Shown piece by piece: positions 1 through 9,976 of a stretch of DNA of 32,000 nucleotides. Within the stretch, counting starts at the first letter, position 1. Each line of letters begins with the position of its first letter. The position numbers and the translations under genes were made by a program. The stretch covers positions 1,890,001-1,922,000 of the forward strand of contig NC_007614.1 in assembly GCF_000196355.1 (NCBI RefSeq), read 5' to 3'. A model generated the notes under the pieces. The model was not told the origin of the DNA, made no database searches, and was given only the letters and a program-made list of their open reading frames with translations. The DNA is from Nitrosospira multiformis ATCC 25196. Its GTDB lineage: Bacteria > Pseudomonadota > Gammaproteobacteria > Burkholderiales > Nitrosomonadaceae.

Positions 1-1790
1 CCTACCGTTCCATTTTGCTGACAGTAGCCACGTTGATAACTCTAGCCTTAGGAGTAATTTTTTGCGGGGCATTCGCCGCCTTTTCCGTAGCAGAATTAAA
101 TCTGATTTCACTCGCATTTGCAGTAACCAATGTCGGCTTGGGCGTGGAATATGCGATCCACTTCTGCTTACGCTATCGGGATAAGCTGAATCGCCACCGT
201 AAAGAACGTGCACTACGTATGACTTTAATGACCATAGCTCCCTCACTTCTATTGGCCGCCGGTACTACATCCATCGGACTTTATGCTTTTATACCGACCG
301 ATTATAAAGGCATCGCCGAGCTTGGTCTGCTGGCAGGAACAAGCCTGTTTATTTCCCTGTTAGTTACGCTGATTGCCTTGCCGGCATTATTAAAACTTTT
401 GCCAGCACCGGCAAAATTCCGATCGGCAAAAGCTCCTCATTCTCCTTCGGAGCTTTCAAAGAAACTGGCGACTTTGCCGCTTCAATACGCCAAACCGATT
501 TCCCTTATGACACTTGTTGTTTCCCTGATCTCCGGCGTGTTGGCATTCAATGTAAAAACGGACTTTAATCCGATTAATATTCGCGATCCTGATACCGAAT
601 CTGTTGTCGCTTTCAAAAAATTAATGGAGGACGAGGAAACCACTCCGCTGACCTTGGCTGTCCTGAGCAGGGATGAAAGCAGCACCAAAATCTTGCAACA
701 GAAGCTTTCGGCATTACCTTCGGTTGATAAAACTGTCAGCCTTTTTGACCTTCAACCCGCTGATCAGGACAGAAAATTGGCCTTGATCGAAGAAATGGGA
801 CTGATGCTTGGTGCAGAAGTAGAGAACTTCCCCCAGCTCAAAGCGCATAGTGATCCAGCTCCGCAGATCACCCGCTTGATTGGAACTATCGACACCATCC
901 TGCCTGAAAAATCCAATATGGAGGAGCGTGCTTCACTCACACGCTTAAAAAAGGAATTGCAGGATATTTTGATCGAGCTTGATACACGGTACCAACCCAG
1001 CCGGGAGATGTTCATTGAAAAAATCCAGACCGCACTGCTCGGCACGCTGCCGGCTGTGATGAACGATCTATCAGTCAGCTTGAAAGCCAGAACAATCACG
1101 CTATCTGACCTGCCCCCTGATATCAGGGATAAATGGCTGAGCAGGGACGGTTTGTATCGCATCCAGATCTTTCCGAAAAAAGACCTGAACGATTTAGCCA
1201 GTCTGGAAGAATTCATCACGGAAGTGCAATCAATCACTCCCGAAACCACCGACTTACCCATCATCTACTGGGAATCCATGAGAGAGGTTACCAAGGCTTT
1301 TCAGAAAGCTGTTTTAATCGCCCTGGTTGCCATCGCACTGCTACTGCTCGCTATCCGGCGCAGCATGCTGGATACCGCCCTGATCATGACGCCGCTCGTA
1401 CTAGCCGGACTTTTTACCCTGGCAAGCGCAACGATCACCGGCACCGCCATTAACTTTGCCAACATCATCGCCCTGCCGCTGTTACTAGGGTTAGGAGTTG
1501 ACAACGGCATTCACATGCTGGTAAAGCTGCGCCATTCGCTTGCGGAAGCTCGCGATATCTACCAATCCAGCACTGCTAGAGCCATATTTTATGGGGCTCT
1601 TACCACTTCCTCCGGTTTTGGGGGATTGGCGTTCTCCCCGCATCCGGGCATTGCCAGTATGGGTTTGATTATTACTATAGGCATATTCTGGATTATGGTA
1701 TGTACGTTTATTATTCTTCCCGCACTTGGCAAATTGGTGTTAAAGGACAGAAAAGATGCAATACGTTTTCAATCCCGCTTGGCAGGATAG
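1..1790 (+). CDS. hpnN: Hopanoid biosynthesis-associated RND/MMPL family transporter (HpnN-like), truncated 5' by the window edge
   Basis: Open frame continues upstream of position 15 (codons at 3-14 are in frame). C-terminal RND permease with several TM segments, e.g. 'LNLISLAFAVTNVGLGVEYAIHFCLRYRDKL' and 'FANIIALPLLLGLGVDNGIHMLVKLRHS'. Stop at 1788-1790. Confidence 0.8.
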   Translation, partial: YRSILLTVATLITLALGVIFCGAFAAFSVAELNLISLAFAVTNVGLGVEYAIHFCLRYRDKLNRHRKERALRMTLMTIAPSLLLAAGTTSIGLYAFIPTDYKGIAELGLLAGTSLFISLLVTLIALPALLKLLPAPAKFRSAKAPHSPSELSKKLATLPLQYAKPISLMTLVVSLISGVLAFNVKTDFNPINIRDPDTESVVAFKKLMEDEETTPLTLAVLSRDESSTKILQQKLSALPSVDKTVSLFDLQPADQDRKLALIEEMGLMLGAEVENFPQLKAHSDPAPQITRLIGTIDTILPEKSNMEERASLTRLKKELQDILIELDTRYQPSREMFIEKIQTALLGTLPAVMNDLSVSLKARTITLSDLPPDIRDKWLSRDGLYRIQIFPKKDLNDLASLEEFITEVQSITPETTDLPIIYWESMREVTKAFQKAVLIALVAIALLLLAIRRSMLDTALIMTPLVLAGLFTLASATITGTAINFANIIALPLLLGLGVDNGIHMLVKLRHSLAEARDIYQSSTARAIFYGALTTSSGFGGLAFSPHPGIASMGLIITIGIFWIMVCTFIILPALGKLVLKDRKDAIRFQSRLAG

Positions 1791-1996
1791 AGCGCGCATA
1801 CTTCAAGCTTTCTAGAACAGGCACAACGTCCATCTGCAAGCCTGCCCATCCACTGCACCGCTGAATATCGGAGCTACGTCACCTTATTCGATTAGCCTCC
1901 CATGCAGAGATAGAGTGTGAGTTAACCGATCTGTCACGCACTGTCACGACACTGAATGGTAGCGATCTAAAATGCTTCTTGACTGGGAGGCAGGGC

Positions 1997-2929
1997 CTAT
2001 TTTGCTTCTCCCCTTGCCGCTTCGACCCCGGCGATGACATCGAAGAGTTCCTCATCGATTCTACTCTGGCGCAACCGGTTGAAGGTCTTCTGAAGCTCTG
2101 TACTTAGCTCATCGATATTTTTTTCTGCGCGCTCCATTGCAGTAAGCCGACTTGCATTCTCGCTGGCTAACGATTCGGCGCAAGCGAGAAACAGCGAAGC
2201 AAAAAGGTATTCCCGGATGAGTGCATGCAACGTCACAATATTTCCTCCCACCATCTCCGGCAGATTCCGTGCCGGCCAGGGCAGCTGGAGCAATTCCCGA
2301 CGCCAGCTTTCATCCAAGGGCAGCAGCCGCTGGTGGAAAGGCTCGTATGTCAAGCCGGAGCGGTAAGCGTTATAGAACAGATAAAACGTGTTCATCTCAT
2401 TCCCGCCTTTCCCTTCGGCTCCTTCCACATTTACGCCCTCGCTCAAGGCCGGCGCCAGAATACGCAGCAGGATCTCCCCCGTCAACGGGATAATGCTCTT
2501 GATGGACAACGGGACAGCGAAAACTTCCGCGACGGAAATGCCAAGATCTACCAGTCGATCCTGCACACGCTCGCCCACAGCCCAGATTTTTTTCCTGCCC
2601 GGCAATAAGGCCAAAGTCTGCGCAGCATGCAACGCTATGGACTCGTTGAACTGGCCCACTAGCCCATGGTCAGTACCAAGCACGATTACACCCGTTACGC
2701 CACGGTTCGCTCCTGTTTTCGCCGCCACATGCCGGGCTGGCGGGGTACCGGCACGAAAGCAAGCACTCAAGCCAAGCTGCACCGAGCGGTAGTAATCCTT
2801 CAGCGCGAGAGTGGATTTCTCATACTGCCCAATGTTGGCCGCAGCTAGCGCCTTCATGGTGCTTACCACTGACCTCAGATCTTTCACACCCTCGATCTTG
2901 CGGCGTATGCTGGCAGTGGTATCGCTCAT
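1997..2929 (-). CDS. atpG: N-type F-ATPase gamma subunit (alternative ATPase)
   Basis: N-terminus 'TTASIRRKIEGVKDLRSVVSTMKALAAANIGQYE' and C-terminus 'SRLTAMERAEKNIDELSTELQKTFNRLRQSRIDEELFDVIAG' match the gamma-subunit pattern; last gene of the operon. Confidence 0.88.
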   Translation of the reverse strand: MSDTTASIRRKIEGVKDLRSVVSTMKALAAANIGQYEKSTLALKDYYRSVQLGLSACFRAGTPPARHVAAKTGANRGVTGVIVLGTDHGLVGQFNESIALHAAQTLALLPGRKKIWAVGERVQDRLVDLGISVAEVFAVPLSIKSIIPLTGEILLRILAPALSEGVNVEGAEGKGGNEMNTFYLFYNAYRSGLTYEPFHQRLLPLDESWRRELLQLPWPARNLPEMVGGNIVTLHALIREYLFASLFLACAESLASENASRLTAMERAEKNIDELSTELQKTFNRLRQSRIDEELFDVIAGVEAARGEAK

Positions 2930-2976
2930 GATCTCTGTTCCAATTCAACAGCGGTTGCAGCTTCCACCACTTGCGC

Positions 2977-4524
2977 TTAGGCTTTCGCATGTGCTGAGCC
3001 TAACCCATCCAGCGCAGTGCTTGCATGCCACAAAAGTGCATGGCGATCTGCATCGTTCAGGCTTTCGTTGGCTTCCATACGTGCAAGCAGTTCGGGAGGT
3101 ATATTCAACACTACTGCCCTCACCGCCCGCTCCGCCTCCCCCATGTTTTCCAGCGGTACCTCGTCGAATAGTTTTGCGGTCAATGCCAGCAGCAGAATGA
3201 TCTGCTCTGAGACGGAAACCGGGCTGGACTCTGGCTGCTGCAAACAGGCACGAATACGCCGGCCATGCTCGATAACGGTACGGGTACGCTCATCGAGGCG
3301 TCCCCCGAAGCGTGTAAATGTTTCCAGTTCGCTGAACTGGGAATAATCCAGCCTCAGCTCGCCGGTAGCGGCCCGGTACACAGGCCGCTGCGCCTTGCCT
3401 CCCACCCGCGAAACCGATTTGCCAACGTCGATGGCGGGCAGTATTCCAAGTTGAAACAATGTGGGTGAAAGGTAAATCTGCCCGTCGGTAATCGAGATCA
3501 GATTGGTTGGAATATATGCTGCGATGTCCTCCGCTTCTGTTTCTACGATCGGCAAGGCGGTCAGGGAACCGCCGCCGAGTTCGGGGCGCAGATGCGTAGC
3601 GCGCTCCAGCAAGCGTGAGTGGATGTAAAAGATGTCTCCGGGATAGGCTTCGCGTCCAGGGGGGCGCCGCATCAGCAGCGAAAGTTCACGGTAGGCGCGA
3701 GCGTGGTGCGAAAGGTCATCGTAAACGATCAAAACGTCCCGGCCCTGCTCCATGAAGTATTCTCCGATAGCAGTCGCGGCATAGGGGGCAACATAGATCA
3801 GCCCCGGCGGGTCATTGCCTTCGGTTACTACCACAACTGTATAGCTCAGAGCGTCATTTTCCTGCAGCGCAGCCACTACCTTGGCAACACTCGATGCTTG
3901 CTGCCCGATGGCGCAGTAGATGCACACCACGTTCTCGTCTTTCTGATTCAGTATGGTGTCGAGTGCTATAGCGCTCTTGCCCGTCTGCCGGTCGCCCAGT
4001 ATCAGTTCGCGCTGCCCCCGCCCTACAGGAATCAGTGCATCGATGACCTTGATGCCCGTCTGAAGCGGCACTGTGACAGGAGCCCGATCCATAATCTGGG
4101 GAGCGGGACGTTCGATTGGCATACGGCGCGAGGATATTACCGGAGCTTCGCCATCGAGCGCCCGGCCCAGCGGATTGACTATCCTTCCGATCAACGCGTC
4201 GCCCACCGGCACATCCATTACGTGTCCCCTGCGCTCCACTTCATCTCCTGCACGCAGGTGAGAATGATCACCCAGCAGGATCACCCCGATTTCCTCTTCT
4301 TCGATATTAAATGCAATGCCATAGCCGCCGGGAAACTTGAGCACCTCCTCGAAGCACGTGCCGGGAAGGCCGGAAACCTTCGCTATGCCAGTACCAATGC
4401 TCTTAATTACCCCGATCTCCTTCAGCATGAGTCGGGGAGTCACGATTTTCCGCGCGAGAGCAATCCGGGAAAAAGCGCCATCAAAAACGTCTCGCAATCG
4501 ATCTTGATTCACGCTAGCCGCCAC
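2977..4524 (-). CDS. atpA: N-type F-ATPase alpha subunit
   Basis: Walker A 'GDRQTGKS', '[19 protein letters not shown]', '[17 protein letters not shown]'. Confidence 0.95.
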   Translation of the reverse strand: MAASVNQDRLRDVFDGAFSRIALARKIVTPRLMLKEIGVIKSIGTGIAKVSGLPGTCFEEVLKFPGGYGIAFNIEEEEIGVILLGDHSHLRAGDEVERRGHVMDVPVGDALIGRIVNPLGRALDGEAPVISSRRMPIERPAPQIMDRAPVTVPLQTGIKVIDALIPVGRGQRELILGDRQTGKSAIALDTILNQKDENVVCIYCAIGQQASSVAKVVAALQENDALSYTVVVVTEGNDPPGLIYVAPYAATAIGEYFMEQGRDVLIVYDDLSHHARAYRELSLLMRRPPGREAYPGDIFYIHSRLLERATHLRPELGGGSLTALPIVETEAEDIAAYIPTNLISITDGQIYLSPTLFQLGILPAIDVGKSVSRVGGKAQRPVYRAATGELRLDYSQFSELETFTRFGGRLDERTRTVIEHGRRIRACLQQPESSPVSVSEQIILLLALTAKLFDEVPLENMGEAERAVRAVVLNIPPELLARMEANESLNDADRHALLWHASTALDGLGSAHAKA

Positions 4525-4619
4525 CTACTCTGCCAGGATCAATTGAGTTGCTGCCTACTAGCGCCCCGTGTGACATTCGTGCAGTCTCGATTGACAAGGG
4601 TCGTCCGTCTTTACTTCCC

Positions 4620-5495
4620 TCATAATGCCGCAGTCGAGGATTTCGCCTCTCCTTCTCCCACAGCACCTTTGGCGTTGAGAAGCCGGCTTACTTCCTCCTC
4701 CAGGGAGGCAAGGTATCCGGCTACGCTCCATGCCACCTTGTGTCCGCCAGCAATCATTTCGATCCCGCTGATAAGATTTGGCTCAACCCCAAAGTTGAAC
4801 CGTACTTCTTCCTTGAGTGTTTCTCTGATGACTGTAGAAATTTTTTCCTGCTGCTCTGCTGGCAATTCGAATGCGCTGCGAACCAGAATAACTGCAATCC
4901 CACTCGGGCTACCTTGCCCGACAATAGGGGGGAAAACCTGGAAGGTGGCAGAATGTCCAGATTCCACCCCCCCGGCCTGCAGCGCCACAGCTAATTGAGC
5001 CTTTTCCTCCGGGCCCAAGGTACGCAGGCGTCGGATGAATGCCTCAGTCATGTGGATTTCAAGAGTAGTGCCGGCAAGATCGGCCAGTACCTTGCGAGTG
5101 ATAGCGAGCACTTCTGCACATGTGCGCCGCTCGATCGCATCATGCAGGACTTGGTACTCTCTTTGCTGAGCTTCATTTCTACTGATACGGATCCTGTCCG
5201 CATCCGCATGCGCGGCCTCCATCAGCCGCTGCCGCTCCGCGCGCACCTCGTCGGTGACAGTGGTCAAGAGAACTTCCCGGCGCTGGTCAAATTCCTCATT
5301 TTTTTGCCGGAACCGATGGAGCTCTGCTTCCGCCTCGCGCTGCTTCCCCGTAGCGGCCGCCAACTCGGATGCAATGCGATTTTCGCGCTCATCCAGTGCG
5401 TCGAGAATAGGGCGGTAAAAAAATCGCTTCAACAACCATACCAGGATGAGAAAGTTGACGATCTGCGCGACAACTGTGAACCCGTCGATCAGCAC
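4620..5495 (-). CDS. atpF: N-type F-ATPase b subunit, extended (291 aa) with a delta-like C-terminal region
   Basis: N-terminal TM segment 'VVAQIVNFLILVWLLKRFFYRPILDALDERE', long charged coiled coil, then a C-terminal 'EVRFNFGVEPNLISGIEMIAGGHKVAWSVAGYLASLEEEV' resembling the delta/OSCP C-terminus. No separate atpH. Confidence 0.88.
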   Translation of the reverse strand: MLIDGFTVVAQIVNFLILVWLLKRFFYRPILDALDERENRIASELAAATGKQREAEAELHRFRQKNEEFDQRREVLLTTVTDEVRAERQRLMEAAHADADRIRISRNEAQQREYQVLHDAIERRTCAEVLAITRKVLADLAGTTLEIHMTEAFIRRLRTLGPEEKAQLAVALQAGGVESGHSATFQVFPPIVGQGSPSGIAVILVRSAFELPAEQQEKISTVIRETLKEEVRFNFGVEPNLISGIEMIAGGHKVAWSVAGYLASLEEEVSRLLNAKGAVGEGEAKSSTAAL

Positions 5496-5498
5496 AAA

Positions 5499-5780
5499 TT
5501 ATTTTCCGACACCATGAGCAATCACGTGATCCCAGAAAGGATTGGCGAAGATAAGGATCATGGAGACCACGAAACAATATATAGCGAGGGATTCTATTAT
5601 GGCCAGTCCCACGAACAGCGTACGCGCGATTGTTCCGGCCACGTCGGGCTGTTGCGCCAGCGAGGTGAGTGCCGTAGCCACTGCCTTTCCTTCACCCAGC
5701 GCGGGCCCGATCACGCCAATACTGATAGTCAGACCAGCCGTCAGGATGGATATGATTGCGATTAGGGTAATGCTGTCCAT
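5499..5780 (-). CDS. atpE: N-type F-ATPase c subunit
   Basis: 93 aa, two TM hairpin; 'GVIGPALGEGKAVATALTSLAQQP' and 'VGLAIIESLAIYCFVVSMILIFANP' with the carboxylate motif. Confidence 0.95.
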   Translation of the reverse strand: MDSITLIAIISILTAGLTISIGVIGPALGEGKAVATALTSLAQQPDVAGTIARTLFVGLAIIESLAIYCFVVSMILIFANPFWDHVIAHGVGK

Positions 5781-5789
5781 GCTTGCTCC

Positions 5790-6545
5790 TTAGGGTTTAT
5801 GTTTGCAGATTTTCCCACCAGCTGCGCATGCGCTTTTGGCGTCTTCACCACCTTCATCATCTGATGCTCCCGCATTTTCCCCATTATCGGAAGTTGCGGC
5901 CGCGATGTAGACCGTGGCCAGGATGCTGAAGATATAAGCTTGCACGCCACCTATCAACAGGTGGAGGACTCCCATGACCACGGGGAAAATAAAGGGTGTG
6001 ATGATCAGCATGATAGCGAGGATCATGGTCCCGCTCATCATGTTGCCGAACAGCCGCACGGCAAGAGCCAGCGTGCGTGTGAACTCCCCCAGGATATTGA
6101 ACGGGAGCAAGAGCGGCACCGGCTTGAGATAGGACTGCAAATAGCGGCGCAGGCCTTGCTCCCTGATTCCATAAAACGGGACAGCAACGAATACGCAGAT
6201 CGCCAGTGCAACAGTTGTGGAAAGCGATCCGGTCGGGGGCTCGTAACCGGGAAAGACGGCAAAAAGGTTTGCCACGGCGACAAAGACAAACAGAGTCCCC
6301 AGAAATGGAAGGTAGGTGCGCGGCTGGCGAAGGCCTACCTCGCTGATCTGTTTTTGTATCGTAATAATGATGACTTCCAGCAGATTTTGCCATCGGGAGC
6401 GTTCCTCTCCGCGAGACAGTCGCTTAGTAATAGTCTTCGATCCGACCGCAAGCAACAGCATCAGCAGCCATGTGTAAATGATGGTGCCGTTAAGTTTCAC
6501 GAAACCATATTCCCAGAAGATGAGCTGATCGGGGCTAATATGCAT
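5790..6545 (-). CDS. atpB: N-type F-ATPase a subunit
   Basis: 'NILGEFTRTLALAVRLFGNMMSG' with conserved Arg, followed by 'LLIGGVQAYIFSILATVYIAAA'. Confidence 0.94.
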   Translation of the reverse strand: MHISPDQLIFWEYGFVKLNGTIIYTWLLMLLLAVGSKTITKRLSRGEERSRWQNLLEVIIITIQKQISEVGLRQPRTYLPFLGTLFVFVAVANLFAVFPGYEPPTGSLSTTVALAICVFVAVPFYGIREQGLRRYLQSYLKPVPLLLPFNILGEFTRTLALAVRLFGNMMSGTMILAIMLIITPFIFPVVMGVLHLLIGGVQAYIFSILATVYIAAATSDNGENAGASDDEGGEDAKSACAAGGKICKHKP

Positions 6546-6550
6546 AACTG

Positions 6551-6892
6551 CTAATGCTCTCCGGCGGATATCGCACTTCCTCCCGGTCGCCCCATTCGGA
6601 CCAGCGATGGGGATAACGGCGTGGGCAGAAATTGGGTTGCCACTACTCTCGCTATGATGAACCCCACCACGGCGGCAAACAGGATTTTCTTGCCGGGGGC
6701 AGCCAGTTCCAGCAAAAAATAAAATCCGGCAGTGACAATACAGGTACGCAACAGCATGCTACCGACAAACCATGTTCCAGGGCGAGGAGAAGCAATGCTA
6801 CGGCGTACTGTCCACCACAGTCCACCGAAAAAAAATGCCCCAAGCAGCACTCCCCCGACCAGTGCCAGTAGCAGACTCATAATTTCATTCAT
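6551..6892 (-). CDS. atpR: N-ATPase accessory membrane protein AtpR
   Basis: 113 aa, three hydrophobic segments ('LVGGVLLGAFFFGGLWWTVRR', 'LRTCIVTAGFYFLLELA', 'ILFAAVVGFIIARVVATQFL'); located between atpQ and atpB as in N-ATPase operons. Confidence 0.8.
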   Translation of the reverse strand: MNEIMSLLLALVGGVLLGAFFFGGLWWTVRRSIASPRPGTWFVGSMLLRTCIVTAGFYFLLELAAPGKKILFAAVVGFIIARVVATQFLPTPLSPSLVRMGRPGGSAISAGEH

Positions 6893-7422
6893 CCCTCTCC
6901 TTGTTCATTTTCCGTGATTTTTCTGTTCGCTTTGTTTACACCATCCTGCTTGCCCATCTCCCTGGTTGCGTCACTGGTTTCATTTTTGGACTTGCTGCCT
7001 CTTTCCTGCGCTGCGACTTCCTGACTCTCCTTCCTGCGAGTGAGCTGCTCTTCCCGCACTATCCAGCGCCAAGCATTCAGGCACCCCACGAGCAACCCAG
7101 CAAACAGCAGCGTGAGAGTCCAGGAATACCCCCCTGGAAACCGCCGATCCAGCCAGATGCCCAAGGCAACCCCCAGAACAGTCGGCACACTTATCCCCCA
7201 ACCGACTAGTCCGATCATGCCCAGCCCTGCCCAAACCATTTCGGTATTCCGGTTCCCAGCCCGTCTCGCCCGTAGCTTGCGCGCCGCTTTCACCTTTATC
7301 CGTCGGCTGAATTCCGCCTCCCTTTTCTCCTTTCCTTCCCGTTCTTCCCTTTTGCCCCGCAATCCTGCTGGCACTTTCATGCCCGATTTTTCTCCTGTTG
7401 CCTCCTCCGGCTCATCTTTCAT
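6889..7422 (-). CDS. atpQ: N-ATPase AtpQ / AtpI-like small membrane protein with long charged N- and C-terminal tails
   Basis: Core 'VWAGLGMIGLVGWGISVPTVLGVALGIWLDRRFPGGYSWTLTLLFAGLLVGCLNAW' is typical of the AtpI/AtpQ family; overlaps atpC start-to-stop. Start codon uncertain. Confidence 0.78.
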   Translation of the reverse strand: MKDEPEEATGEKSGMKVPAGLRGKREEREGKEKREAEFSRRIKVKAARKLRARRAGNRNTEMVWAGLGMIGLVGWGISVPTVLGVALGIWLDRRFPGGYSWTLTLLFAGLLVGCLNAWRWIVREEQLTRRKESQEVAAQERGSKSKNETSDATREMGKQDGVNKANRKITENEQGEG

Positions 7423-7804
7423 GATGAAGCTCGATGAAGCGCCGGATCAAGCCACTTTCCATTTTTGCCATTGTCCGCCGGATGCTCTTGGCCCGCTCAT
7501 CGAGGTTCAGGAACTCCCTGTCCACAGTCTCATGCAAGACAGCCAGGTTGGTCCCCTCAACGGCGTTGCGCACCGATACTGTTACCTGAGCACTGACCTT
7601 TACCAGAATGCCCTCGTCCACCGCCACATAAATCTCACCTTCGCTCCTGGTTTCGAATATCAGGATGCCGGGAACCAAAGCGGCCACGCAATCGAGACGG
7701 TGGGGCAGCAGCCCAAGCGATCCATCAACGGTTTCGACGACAATGCGGTCCACCCTGGCCTTTTCCATAAAGACACTAAAGGGCAGTAGTATCTTAAGGT
7801 CCAT
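7412..7804 (-). CDS. atpC: N-type F-ATPase epsilon subunit
   Basis: 'MDLKILLPFSVFMEKARVDRIVVETVDGSLGLLPHRLDCVAALVPGIL' beta-sandwich pattern of the epsilon subunit. Confidence 0.88.
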   Translation of the reverse strand: MDLKILLPFSVFMEKARVDRIVVETVDGSLGLLPHRLDCVAALVPGILIFETRSEGEIYVAVDEGILVKVSAQVTVSVRNAVEGTNLAVLHETVDREFLNLDERAKSIRRTMAKMESGLIRRFIELHHER

Positions 7805-7883
7805 TCCCCTGGCTCATGCAGGTCATGTAGTCCTCCGGTCCGGCCTGAAGTTTGGAGGCGACCGGCGTGAGATCCTTCTCCAC

Positions 7884-9323
<1,440 letters not shown>

Positions 9324-9574
9324 TCACAAAGCATGGAATCGAGCACGGTCTATATGTCCTATTATCATATTAGCGTACCTCGCAGGACTTGAGCCAGCCA
9401 ACTTTCTTCCAGGTATGGGTTGCAGCACTCAGTGCATGAGATTCTCTTCAATATAGGCCAGTCGAGAGGCAACTGTTTTCTTGCCGGCCATGATCGTATT
9501 GGGGATCATCAATTCAACGGGCATCGCTCGTCTCGACATGCTCTTCATAAGAACCCACTTGCTTTAGTTTCTGT

Positions 9575-9913
9575 TCAAACGTTCCACTGCTGCAATACAT
9601 GAGTTTGCGTTTGCTTCCCACTTTGAATGCCATCTCCAGCGACTATAGGCTTTTCTTTTGATCGCGCGTTAAGCAATACTTGCGGGTCTGCTTGCAGGGT
9701 AAAGAGAAGCCTTACACCTAGCGCTTGAGCCAGCGCCGAGCTTTCTGCCTTTGACAAGGAAATACGGGTGCTGAAAGGATGAACGTTGCAGGCTGGAAGG
9801 GAAAGTAACGTAAGAGTCAAGCAAACCGTTGAGCGGCTCGGGGCAGTAGCCTTGCAACCGGGTTTGTCACAAAGGTGTAGCGTATTCTTCCATAAACTCT
9901 TACTCTTGCTCAT
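9575..9913 (-). CDS. Hypothetical protein (112 aa), divergent from the MBL-fold gene
   Basis: ATG at 9913 preceded on the minus strand by an AGGAGAG-like Shine-Dalgarno ('caggagagagcggATG'). No recognised family; 'MSKSKSLWKNTLHLCDKPGCKATA...'. Confidence 0.3.
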   Translation of the reverse strand: MSKSKSLWKNTLHLCDKPGCKATAPSRSTVCLTLTLLSLPACNVHPFSTRISLSKAESSALAQALGVRLLFTLQADPQVLLNARSKEKPIVAGDGIQSGKQTQTHVLQQWNV

Positions 9914-9976
9914 CCGCTCTCTCCTGCGAGGCGGGAGCAATATTTCAAAGGGAAAACAATTGACAAAAAAACTGGT

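Noticed and set aside
1931-1950. Short direct repeat ctgtcacgca/ctgtcacgac
   Set aside because: Only two 10-bp copies (9/10 identity) between convergent genes; too short to be meaningful without conservation data.
3619-4998. 459-aa plus-strand ORF antisense to atpA/atpF
   Set aside because: Fully overlaps well-supported atpA/atpF coding sequence; no domain resemblance; typical antisense open frame in GC-rich coding DNA.
4995-5765. 256-aa plus-strand ORF antisense to atpF/atpE
   Set aside because: Overlaps strongly supported ATPase subunits; no recognisable family.
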